A DNA stretch of 64,000 nt from Laetmonice hystrix (Eukaryota). Below, piece by piece: positions 13,059-25,999 of the stretch; within the stretch, counting starts at the first letter, position 1; each line of letters starts with the position of its first letter. Both the position numbers and the translations under genes were made by a program. Location: positions 33,916,001-33,980,000 of the forward strand of contig OZ249440.1 of the NCBI GenBank assembly GCA_965235115.1, in the 5' to 3' direction. The notes under the pieces were generated by a model. It saw nothing but the letters and a program-made list of their open reading frames with translations. It searched no databases and had not been told where the DNA came from.

Positions 13059-16000
13059 AGAAAGACCAAGAGCAAGACCAAGAGCAAGACCAAGAGCAAG
13101 ACCTAGAGCAAGACCAAGAGCAAGACCAACACCAAGACCAAGAAGAAGACCAAGACCAAGACCAAGAAGAAGACCAAGAAGAAGACCAAGAGCAAGACCA
13201 AGAGCAAGACCAAGACCAAGACCAAGAAGAAGAGCAAGACCAAGACCAAGACCAAGAAGAAGACCAAGAGCAAGACCAAGAGCAAGACATAGAGCAACAC
13301 CAAGAGCAAGAGCAACACCAAGACTAAGAAGAAGACCAAGACCAAGACCAAGAAGAAGACAAAGACCAGGAGCAAGAGCAAGACCAAGACCAAGAGCAAG
13401 ACCAAGAGCAAGACCAAGACCAAGAGCAAGACCAAGACCAAGAGCAAGACCAAGACCAGAAGCAAGACCAGAAGCAAGACCAAGAGCAAGACCAAGAGCA
13501 AGACCAAGAGCAAGAGCAAAATCAAGACCAAGAGCAAGACCAACACCAAGACCAAGAAGAAGACCCACACCAAGACCAAAAAGAAGACCAAGAAGAAGAC
13601 CAAGAAGAAGACCAAGACCAAGAGCAAGACCAAGAGCAAGAGCAAGACCAATACGAAGACCAGGACCAAGAAGAAGAGACCAAGAAGAAGCCCAAGACGA
13701 AGAAGAAGACCAAGACGAAGAAGAAGACCAAGAAGAAGACCAACAGCAAGACCAACAGCAAGACCAAGAGCAAGACCAAGAGCAAGACCAAGAGCAAGAC
13801 CAAGAGCAAGACCAAGACCAAGACCAAGAGCAGGAGCAAGGCCGAGAGCAAGAGCAAGAACGAGAGCAAGACGAGGAGCAAGACCAGGACCAAGACCAAG
13901 ACCAAGACCAAGACGACGACCAAGAAAAAGACCAGGAGCAAGACCAAGAGCAAGACCAGGAGCAAGACAAGGAGCAAGACCAAGAGCAAGAGCAAGAGCA
14001 AGACCAAGACGAATCCCAAGACCAAGAAGAAGACCAAGACCAAGAAGAAGACCAAGAAGAAGACCAAGAAGAAGATCAAGACCAGGAGCAAGACCAAGAG
14101 CAAGACCAAGTGCAAGAGCAAGACCAAGACCAAGAGCAAGGCCAGGAGCAAGACCAAGAGCAAGACCAAGAGCAAGACCAAGAGCAAGACCAAGACCAAG
14201 AAGAAGACCAAGAGCAAGACCAAGAGTAAGACCAAGACCAGGAGCAAGACCAAGAACAAGACCAAGAGCAAGACCAGGACCAAGACCAAGACCAGGACCA
14301 AGACCAAGACGAAGAGCAAGACTAAGAACAAGACCAAGAACAAGGCCAAGAAGAAGACCAAGAAGAAGACCAGGAGCAAGACCAAGAGCAGGAGCAACAG
14401 TAAGACCAAGAGCAAGACCAAGACCAAGAGCAAGACCAGGAGCAAGACCAAGAGCAAGACCAAGAGCAAGACCAAGGCCAAGACCAACAGAAAGACCAAC
14501 AGCAAGAGCAAGAAGAAAACCAAGACCAAGAAGAAGACCAAGAAGAAGACCAAGAAGAAGACCAAGAGCAAGAGCAAGACCAAGAGCAAGACCAAGAGCA
14601 ACACCAAGACGAATACCAAGACCTAGAAGAAGACCAAGACGAAGAAGAAGACCAAGAAGAAGACCAAGAAGAAGACCAAGACCAGGAGCAAGACCAAGAG
14701 CAAGACCAAGTGCAAGACCAAGACCAAGAGCAAGACCAAGAGCAAGACCAAGACCTTGAAGAAGACCAGGAGCAAGACCAAGAGCATGAGCAAGACCAAG
14801 ACCAAGACCAGGAGCAAGACCAGGAGCAAGACCAAGAGCAAGAGCAAGAGCAAGAGCAAGACCAAGACGAATCCCAAGACCAAGAAGAAGACCAAGACCA
14901 AGAAGAAGACCAAGACCAAGAAGAAGACCAAGAAGAAGACCAAGAAGAAGACCAAGAAGAAGACCAAGACCAGGAGCAACACCAAGAGCAAGACCAAGTG
15001 CAAGAGCAAGACCAAGACCAAGAGCAAGACCAGGAGCAAAACCAAGAGCAAGACCAAGAGCAAGACCAAGAGCAAGACCAAGACCAAGACCAAGAAGAAG
15101 ACCAAGAGCAAGACCAAGAGTAAGACCAAGAACAGGAGTAACCAATAACAAGACCAAGAGCAAGACCAGGACCAAGACCAGGACCAAGACCAAGACCAGG
15201 ACCAAGACTAAGAGCAAGACTAAGAACAAGACCAAGAACAAGGCCAAGACCAAGAAGAAGACCAAGAAGAAGACCAGGAGCCAGACCAAGAGCAGGAGCA
15301 AGAGTAAGACCAAGAGCAAGACCAAGACCAGGAGCAAGACCAGGAGCAAGACCAAGAGCAAGACCAAGACCAAGAGCAAGAGCAAGAAGAAGACCAAGAC
15401 CAAGAAGAAGACCAAGAAGAAGACCAAGAAGAAGCCCAAGAGCAAGACCAAGAGCAAGACCAAGAGCAAGAGCAAGAAGAAGACCAAGACCAAGAAGAAG
15501 ACCAAGAAGAAGACCAAGAGCAAAACCAAGAGCAAGACCAAGACCAAGAGCAAGACTAAGAGCAAGACCGAGAGCAAGACCAAGAACAAGACCAAGAGCA
15601 AGACCAAGAGCAAGACCAAGAGCAAGACCAAGAGCAAGACCAAGAGCAAGAGCAAGACCAAGAGCAAGACCAAGAAGAAGACCAAGACCAAGACCACGAC
15701 CAAGAAGAAGACCAAGACCAAGACCAAGAGCAAGACGAAGAGCAAGACCAAGAGCAAGACCAAGAGCAAGACCAAGACCAGGAGCAAGACCAAGAGCAAG
15801 ACCAAGAGCAAGACCAAGAGCAAGACCAAGAACAAGACCAAGAACAAGACCAGGAACAAGAAGAAGACCAAGAAGACCGAGAAGAAGACCAGGAGCAAGA
15901 CCAAGAGCAAGACCAAGAGCAAGAGCAAGACCAAGAGCAAGACCAAGAGTAAGACCAAGACGAAGACCAAGACCAAGAACAAGAACAAGACCAAGAGCAA

Positions 16001-17860
16001 GAGCAAGACCGAGAGCAGCACCAAGACGAAGACCAAGCCCAAAGACAAGCCCAAGACCAAGAAGAAGACCAAGAAGAAGAGCAAGACCAAGAGCAAGACC
16101 AAGAGCAAGACCAAGACCAGGAGCAAGACCAAGAGCAAGACCAAGAGCAAGACCAGGGGCAAGACCAAGACCAAGAGCAAGACCAAGAACAAGACCAAGA
16201 ACAAGACCAAGAACAAGACCAAAAAGAAGTCAAGAAGAAGACCAGGAGCAAGACCAAGAGCAAGGCCAAGAGCAAGACCAAGAGCAAGACCAAGACCAGG
16301 AGCAATACCAAGAACAAGACCAAGAGCAAGACCAAGAGCAAGACCAAGAGCAAGACCAAGAGCAAGACCAAGAGCAAGAGGAAGACCAGGGGCAAGAGCA
16401 AGAGCAAGACCAAGACCAAGAGCAAGACCAAGAGCAAGACCAAGACGAATACCAAGAGCAAGAACAAGATCAAGAGCAAGAAGAAGACCAAGAAGAAGAC
16501 CAAGACCAATGGCAATACCAAGGGCAAGACCAAGAAGAAGACCAAGAAGAAGACCAAGAAGAAGACCAAGAAGAAGACCAAGACCAAGAAGAAGACCATC
16601 AAGAAGAAGAGCAAGACCAAGACCAAAAAGAAGACCATCAAGAAGAAGAGCAAGACCAAGAGCAAGACCAAGAGCAAGACCAAGAGCAAGACCAAGACCA
16701 AGAGAAAGACCAAGGACAAGACCAAGAACAAGACCAAGACCAAGACCAAGACCAGGACCAAGAACAAGACCAAGAACAAGACCAAGACCAAGAACAAGAC
16801 CAAGAAGAAGACCAGGAGCAAGACCAAGAGCAGGAGCAAGAGCAAGACCAAGAGCAAGACCAAGACCAAGACCAAGACCAGAAGCAAGACCAAGAGCAAG
16901 ACCAAGAGCAAGACCAAGAGCAAGACCAAGAAGAAGACCAAGAAGAAGACCAAGACCAGGAGCAAGACCAAGAGCAAGACCAAGAGCAAGACCAAGAGCA
17001 AGACCAAGACCAAGAGCAAGACCAAGACCAAGAGCAACACCAAGACCAAGACCAAGACCAAGAGCAATGGCAATACCAAGGGCAAGACCAAGAAGAAGAC
17101 CAAGAAGAAGACCAAGAAGAAGACCAAGAAGAAGACCAAGAAGAAGACCAAGACCATCAAGAAGAAGAGCAAGACCAAGACCAAAAAGAAGACCATCAAG
17201 AAGAAGAGCAAGACCAAGAGCAAGACCAAGAGCAAGACCAAGACCAAGTGCAAGACCAAGAACAAGACCAAGAACAAGACCAAGACCAAGACCAGGACCA
17301 AGACCAGAACCAAGAGCAAGACCAAGAACAAGACCAAGAACAAGACCAAGACCAAGAACAAGACCAAGAAGAAGACCAGGAGCAAGACCAAGAGCAGGAG
17401 CAAGAGCAAGACCAAGAGCAAGACCAAGACCAAGACCAGAAGCAAGACCAAGAGCAAGACCAAGAGCAAGAGCAAGACCTAGAGCAAGAGCAAGACCAAG
17501 AGCATGACCAAGAGCAAGACCAAGAGCAAGAGCAAGACCAAGAGCAAGACCAAGAGCAAGACCAAGAGCAAGACCAAGAGCAAGACCAAGAAGAAGACCA
17601 AGAAGAAGACCAAGACCAGGAGCAAGACCAATAACAAGACCAAGAGCAAGACCAAGAGCAAGACCAAGACCAAGAGCAAGAGCAAGACCAAGAGCAAGAC
17701 CAAGACCAAGACCAAGAGCAAGAGCACAGGAGCAAGACCAAGAGCAAGACCAAGACCAAGAGCAAGGCCAAGACCAAGAAGAAGACCAAGACCAAGAAGA
17801 AGACCAGGAAGAAGACCAAGAAGAAGACCAAGACCAGGAGCAAGACCAAGACCAAGAACA
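13059..17860 (+). repeat. Long hexamer domain (copy of 4091-10385 with an internal deletion)
   Basis: Same diagnostic variants at offset 8967 (e.g. GAGTAACCAATAAC at ~6170 and ~15137); about 1.5 kb shorter. Confidence 0.9.
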
Positions 17861-20800
17861 AGAGGCAAGAGCCAAGAGGCAAGAGCCAAGAGGCAAGAGC
17901 CAAGAGGCAAGAGCCAAGAGGCAAGAGCCAAGAGGCAAGAGCCAAGAGGCAAGAGGCAAGAGGCAAGAGCCAAGAGGCAAGAGCCAAGAGGCAAGAGCCA
18001 AGAGGCAAGAGCCAAGAGGCAAGAGCCAAGAGGCAAGAGCCAAGAGGCAAGAGCCAAGAGGCAAGAGCCAAGAGGCAAGAGCCAAGAGGCAAGAGCCAAG
18101 AGGCAAGAGCCAAGAGGCAAGAGCCAAGAGGCAAGAGCCAAGGGCCAAGAGGCAAGGGCCAAGAGGCAAGGGCCAAGAGGCAAGAGCCAAGAGGCAAGAG
18201 CCAAGAGGCAAGAGCCAAGAGGCAAGAGCCAAGAGGCAAGAGCCAAGAGCCAAGAGGCAAGAGGCATGAGCCAAGAGGCAAGAGCCAAGAGGCAAGAGCC
18301 AAGAGGCAAGAGGCAAGAGCCAAGAGGCAAGAGGCAAGAGGCAAGAGGCAAGAGGCAAGAGCCAAGAGGCAAGAGCCAAGAGGCAAGAAGCAAGAGGCAA
18401 GAAGCAAGAGGCAAGAGCCAAGAGCCAAGACATGAAATCCCAGACAAAACTGGTACATCAATGCAATAACCAAGGATGTCAACATGCTCAGGTTTAAACA
18501 CGAAATCGCTGACAAAAACTGGTACATCAGATAAAAAGGAACAGTACAAGGATGGCGACAAGCTCAGTTTTAAACCCAAAATTGCTGACAAAAACTGGTA
18601 CATCAGTAACAATAAAGACACAAGCCAAGGCTGTCGAAATGACTTGGGTTTAAACATGATATGGCTGAAAAAACTGGTGAATGAGTATAACAATAAGGCA
18701 CACAAACCAAGGATGTCAACATGCTCAGGTTTAAACACGAAATCGCTGACAAAAACTGGTACATCAGATAAAAAGACGCAGTTCAAGGATGGCGACAAGC
18801 TCAGTTTTAAACCCAAAATTGCTGACAAAAACTGGTACATCAGTAACAATAAAGACACAAGCCAAGGCTGTCGAAATGACTTGGGTTTAAACATGATATG
18901 GCTGAAAAAACTGGTGAATGAGTATAACAATAAGGGACACAAACCAAGGGTGCCAACATGCTCAGGTTTAAACATGAAATCACGGACAAAACTGGTACAT
19001 GAATATAATAACCAAGGATGTCAACATGCTCAGTTTAAACACGAAATCGCTGACAAAAACTGGTACATCAGTATAACAAAAAGACACAAACCAAGGCTGT
19101 CGGAATGACTTGGGTTTAACCATGATATCGCTGAAAAAACTGGTGAATGAGTATAACAATAAGGGACACCGACCAAGGGTGCCAACATGCTCAGGTTTAA
19201 ACATGAATTCACGGACAAACTGGTACATCAAAACAGTAACCAAGGATGTCAACATGCTCAGGTTTAAACACGAAATCGCTGACAAAAACGGGTACATCAG
19301 TATAGGAATAAAGACACAAACCAAGGCTGTCGAAGTGACTTGGGTTTAAACATGATATGGCTGAAAAAACTGGTGAATGAGTATAACAATAAGGGACACA
19401 AACCAAGGGTGCCAACATGCTCAGGTTTTAAACATGAAGTCACGGACAACACTGGTACATAAATATAATAACCAAGGATGTCAACATGTTCAGGTTAAAC
19501 ACGAAATTGCTGAGAAAAACTGGTATATCAGTATAACAAAAAGACAAACCAAGGCTGTCGAAGTGACTTGGGTTTAAACATGATACGGCTGAAAAAACTG
19601 GTGAACACAAAGAAAGACCAAGGATGTCCACATAAAAACTGCATCACTAAACTGGTGAGGATGGGATGGCTATTGGGAGGAGGCGGCCATAATAACAAAA
19701 CTGATCATGACATTTATATAGGTACAGCCAGTTGCTACAGAATGAATATCAAAACGACCTCGCCATCAAAACAATATCAAAACTAAACTGGTGAAGATTG
19801 TGAAGCCTATGCCTACATTTTCGAGTTGGTGTACACATTGTGAATGGGTCAGCTAGCTATGTGGAAAGGAGGCCATAGAAGCTGACTTCTGGGTGACTTT
19901 TGAGGAGAAAAGGTGAAATCCTGAGTCGTCTTGTCTGAATTTCAGAAGACATTCAGGTTAAAATAATAAAGGGACTGGTGCATCAGCCAAATCACACACG
20001 GAGAAGGCAGGTTGTTGGTTGGCCTTCACGCACTGCAGCGAGGCTGGGGCTGCAGGTTAAGACTTTAATTGAAAACGATGTGAATGTGATCAAGAGGCAA
20101 GAGCCAAGAGCCAAAAGGCAAGAGCCAAGAGGCAAGATCCAAGAGGCAAGATCCAAGAGGCAAGAGCCAAGAGGCAAGAGGCAAGAGCCAAGAGGCAAGA
20201 GCCAAGAGGCAAGAGCCAATAGGCAAGAGCCAAGAGGCAAGAGCAAAGAGGCAAGAGCCAAGAGGCAAGAGGCAAGAGCCAGGAGGCAAGAGTCAAGAGG
20301 CAAGAGCCAATAGGCAAGAGCAAAGAGCCAAGAGGCAAGCGCCAAGAGCCAAGAGGCAAGAGCCAAGAGGCAAGAGCCAAGAGCCAAGAGGCAAGAGTCA
20401 AGAGGCAAGAGGCAAGAGGCAAGAGGCAAGAGCCAAGAGCGAGACAAAAACTGGTACATGAGTATAACAATAAAGATACAAACCAAGGCTGTCAAAGTGA
20501 CTTGGGTTTAAACGTGATATGGCTAAAGAAACTGGTGAATGAATATAACAATAAGGGACACAAACGAAGGGTGCCAACATGCTCAGGTTTAAACATGAAA
20601 TCCCAGACAAAACTGGTACATCAATGCAATAACCAAGGATGTCAACATGCTCAGGTTTAAACACGAAGTCGCTGACAAAAACGGGTACATCAGTATAAGA
20701 ATACAAACACAAATCAAGCCTGTCGAAATGACTGTTCAAGGATGGCGACAAGCTCAGTTTTAAACCCAAAATTGCTGACAAAAACTGGTACATCAGTAAC

Positions 20801-22758
20801 AATAAAGACACAAGCCAAGTCTGTCGAAATGACTTGGGTTTAAACATGATATGGCTGAGAAAACTGGTGAATGAGTATAACAATAAGGGACACAAACCAA
20901 GCGTGCCAACATGCTCAGGTTTAAACATGAAATCATGGACAAAACTGGTACATGAATATAATAACCGAGGATGTCAACATGCTCAGTTTAAACACGAAAT
21001 CGCTGACAAAAACTGGTACATCAGTATAACAAAAAGACACAAACCAAGGCTGTCGGCATGACTTGGGTTTAACCATGATATGGCTGAAAAAACTGGTGAA
21101 TGAGTATAACAATAAGGGACACAAACCAAGGGTGCCAACATGCTCAGGTTTAAACATGAATTCACGGACAAACTAGTACATCAAAACAATAACCAAGGAT
21201 GTCAACATGCTCAGGTTTAAACACGAAATCGCTGACAAAAACGGGTACATGAGTATAACAGTAAAGACACAAACCAAGGCGGTCGAAGTGACTTGGGTTT
21301 AAACATGATAAGGCAAAAAAAAAACTGGTGAATGAGTATAACAATAAAGGGACACAAACCAAGGGTGCCAACATGCTCAGGTTTAAACATGAAATCACGG
21401 ACAACACTGGTACATAAATATAATAACCAAGGATGTCAACATGTTCAGGTTAAACACGAAATTGCTGAGAAAAACTGGTACATCAGTATAACAAAAAGAC
21501 ACAAACCAAGGCTGTCGAAGTGACTTGGGTTTAAACATGATACGGCTGAAAAAACTGGTGAACACAAAGAAAGACCAAGGATGTCCACATAAAAACTGCA
21601 TCACTAAACTGGTGAGGATGGGATGGCTATTGGGAGGAGGCGGCCATAATAACAAAACTGATCATGACATTTATATAGGTATAGGTACAGCCAGTTGCTA
21701 CAGAATGAATATCAAAACGACCTCGCCATCAAAACAATATCAAAACTAAACTGGTGAAGTTTGTGAAGCCTATGCGTGCATTTTCGAGTTGGTGTACACA
21801 TTGTGAATGGATCGGATGGCTATGTGGAGAGGAGGCCATGCAGAATGAATATCAAAACAACGTGTGTCAAGTGAAACAAAAACAAAAAAGACCAAGAAGT
21901 CCATATAAAAACGGCATTATTAAACTGGTGAGGATGGGATGGCTATTGGGGAGGAGGAGGCCATAGTAACAAAACTGATCAGGACATTTATATAGGTATA
22001 AATACAGCCAGTTGCTACAGAATGAATATCAGAACAACCTCGCCATCAAAACAATATCAAAACTAAACTGGTGAAGTTTGTGAAGCCTATGCCTACATTT
22101 TCGAGTTGGTGTACATATTGTGAATGGGTCAGCTAGCTATGTGGAAAGGAGGCCATAGAAGCTGACTTCTGGGTGACTTTTGAGGAGAAAAGGTGAAATC
22201 CTGAGTCGTCTTGTCTGAATTTCAGAAGACATTCAGGTTAAAATAATAAAGGGACTGGTGCATCAGCCAAATCACACACGGAGAAGGCAGGTTGTTGGTT
22301 GGCCTTCACGCACTGCAGCGAGGCTGGGGCTGCAGATTAGGACTTTAATTGAAAACGATGTGAATGTGATCAAGAGGCAAGAGCCAAGAGGCAAGAGGCA
22401 AGAGCCAAGAGGCAAGAGCCAAGAGGCAAGAGGCAAGAGCCAAGAGGCAAAAGCCAAGAGCCAAGAGGCAAGAGCCAAGAGGCAAGAGTCAATAGGCAAG
22501 AGCCAAGAGGTAAGAGCGAAGAGGCAAGAGCCAAGAGGCAAGAGCCAAGAGGCAAGAGCCAAGAGCCAAGAGGCAAGAGCCAAGAGGCAAGAGCCAAGAG
22601 GCTAGAGCCAAGAGCCAAGAGCCAAGAGCCAGACAAAACTGGTACATGAGTATAACAATAAAGATACAAACCAAGGCTGTCGAAGTGACTTGGGTTTAAA
22701 CGTGATATGGCTGAAGAAACTGGTGAATGAGTAGAACAATAAGGGACACAAACGAAGG

Positions 22759-23324
22759 CATCCTCCCCCGCTCGGGGTTGACCAAGCAGTTGATTCATCC
22801 CCCTCCCGCCTGCCCGTCTATTCTCAGAAACGCGTTCCTCGCAGCGCCACCTGTTCTGCCGTCTGCGGCCGAGCCATGAGATTACACACTGCCTGAGGCG
22901 CAATTCATAAAAATTAGCGTGCATTTCTGGTTAGCCAATGGGAACGTTCCCACGGTAAAGTTGTTGTTGTCGAAGCGAAGCGTTGTCGAAGCGAAGCCAA
23001 CGATAGCAGCAACGTGTAGGCATTTAATCCCGACACTATAGTGACAGTGAGAGGAACAACTTTGAGTTGACAGGGCTGCAAGAACACACACTATAACTTA
23101 ACTGTATTGTTAGGGAGCGACACATTTGTTTATCAGCCACCTGGGCAAGGCTATCAGGCATTTTTGCGAGAAGTAAGCCTTCGGTGTGGACCGCTTGTGC
23201 AGGTGGAGCGCCGATGACAGATCCTATTAATATTCATAAGGTTGACCTCAGGGTCAACTTCCGCCCGGTTAGCATGGGCTGCACTCAAGGGGTAGAATGC
23301 AGGATTCCTTGACAACTCAAGATG
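22759..23324. mobile_element. 566-bp non-autonomous DNA element inserted in the satellite, 9-bp TSD
   Basis: AAACGAAGG at 22750-22758 and 23325-23333. The uninterrupted monomer (CACAAACGAAGGGTGCC) is seen at ~20560. Termini CATCCT...AAGATG. Confidence 0.8.
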
Positions 23325-25999
23325 AAACGAAGGGTGCCAACATGCTCAGGTTTAAACATGAAATCCCAGACAAAACTGGTACATCAATGCAATGACCAAG
23401 GATGTCAACATGCTCAGGTTTAAACACGAAATCGCTGACAAAAACTGGTACATCAGATAAAAAGACACAGTTCAAGGATGGCGCCAAGCTCAGTTTTAAA
23501 CCCAAAATTGCTGACAAAAACTGGTACATCAGTAACAATAAAGACACAAGCCAAGGCTTTCGAAATGACTTGGGTTTAAACATGATATGGCTGAAAAAAC
23601 TGGTGAATGAGTATAACAATAAGGGACACAAACCAAGGATGCCAACATGCTCTGGTTTAAACATGAAATCACGGACAAAACTGGTACATGAATATAATAA
23701 CAAAGGATGTCAACATGCTCAGTTTAACACGAAATCGCTGACAAAAACTGGTACATCAGTATAACAAAAAGACACAAACCAAGGCTGTCGGAATGACTTG
23801 GGTTTAACCATGATATGGCTGAAAAAACTGTTGAATGAGTATAACAATACGGGACACAAACCAAGGGTACCAACATGCTCAGGTTTAAACATGAATTCAC
23901 GGACAAACTGGCACATCAAAACAATAACGAAGGGCGTCAACATGCTCAGGTTTAAACACGAAATCGCTGACAAAAACTGGTACATCAGTATAAGAATAAA
24001 GACACAAACCAAGGCTGTCGAAGTGACTTGGGTTTAAACATGATATGGCTGAAAAAACTGGTGAATAAGTATAACAATAAGGGACACAAACCAAGGGTGC
24101 CAACATGCTCAGGTTTAAACATGAAATCACGGACAACACTGGTATATAAATACAATAATCAAGGATGTCAACATGTTCAGGTTAAACACAAAATTGCTGA
24201 GAAAAACTGGTACATCAGTATAACAAAAAGACACAAACCAAGGCTGTCGAAGTGACTTGGGTTTATACATGAAACAGCTGAAAAAACTGGTGAACACAAA
24301 GAAAGACCAAGGATGTCCACATAAAAATTGCATCACTAAACTGGTGAGGATGGGATGGCTATTGGGAGGAGGCGGCCATAATAACAAAACTGATCATGAC
24401 ATTTATATAGATATAGGTACAGCCAGTTGCTGCAGAATGAATACCAAATCGACCTCGCCATCAAAACAATATCAAAACTAAACTGGTGAAGTTTGTGAAG
24501 CCTATGCCTACATTTTCGAGTTGGTGTACACATTGTGAATGGATCAGATGGCTATGTGGAAAGGAGGCCATAGAAGATGACTTCTGGGTGACTTTTGAGG
24601 AGAAATGGTGAAATCCTAAGTGGTCTTGTCTGAATTTCAGAAGACATTCAGGTTAAAATAATAAAGGGACTGGTGCATCATCCAAATCACACACGGAGAA
24701 GGCAGGTTGTTGGTTGGCCTTCACGCACTGCAGCGAGGCTGGGGCTGCAGATTAGGACTTTAATTGAAAACGATGTGAATGTAAACAAGAGGCAAGAGCC
24801 AAGAGCCAAGAGGCAAGAGCCAAGACGCAAGAGCCAAGAGGCAAGAGCCAAGAGCCAACAGGCAAGAGCCAACAGGCAAGAGCCAACAGGCAAGAGCCAA
24901 CAGGCAAGAGCCAAGAGCCAAGGGCCAAGGGCCAAGGGCCAAGAGGCAAGAGCCAAGAGGCAAGAAGACCCAAGAGGCAAGAGCCAAGAGACAAGAGCCA
25001 AGAGGCAAGAGGCAAGAGCCAAGAGCCAAGAGGCAAGAGCAAGACCAAGACCAAGAGCAAGACCAAGAGCAAGACCAAGACCAAGACCAAGAGCAAGACC
25101 AAGAGCAAGACCAAGAGCAAGACCAAGAGCAAGACCAAGAGCAAGACTAAGAGCAAGACCAAGAGCAAGACCTACAGCAAGACCAAGAGCAAGACCAACA
25201 CCAAGACCAAGAAGAAGACCAAGACCAAGACCAAGAAGAAGACCAAGAAGAAGACTAAGAAGAAGGCCAAGACCAAGAGCAAGACCAAGAGCAAGACCAA
25301 GACCAAGACCAAGAAGAAGACCAAGAAGAAGTCAAGACCAAGACCAAGAAGAAGACCAAGAAGAAGACCAAGAAGAAGACCAAGAGCAAGACCAAGACCA
25401 AGAGCAAGACCAAGACCAGGAGCAAGACCAAGAGCAAGACCAGAATGAATATCAAAACAACGTGTGTCAAGTGAAACAAAAACAAAAAATACCAAGAAGT
25501 CCATATAAAAACGGCATCACTAAACTGGTGAGGATGGGATGGCCATTGGGAGGGGGAGGCCATAGTAACAAAACTGATCAGGACATTTATATAGGTATAA
25601 GTACAGCCAGTTGCTACAGAATGAATATCAGAACAACCTCACCATCAAAACAATATCAAAACTAAACTGGTAAAGTTTGTGAAGCCTATGCCTACATTTT
25701 CGAGTTGGTGTACACATTGTGAATGGATCAGATGGCTATGTGGAAAGGAGGCCATAGAAGATGACTTCTGGGTGACTTTTGAGGAGAAATGGTGAAATCC
25801 TAAGTGGTCTTGTCTGAATTTCAGAAGACATTCAGGTTAAAATAATAAAGGGACAGGTGCATCATCCAAATCACACACGGAGAAGGCAGGTTGTTGGTTG
25901 GCCAAGAGGCAAGAGCCAAGAGGCAAGAGCCAAGAGGCAAGGGCCAAGACGCAAGAGCCAAGAGGCAAGAGGCAAGAGCCAAGAGCCAAGAGGCAAGAG

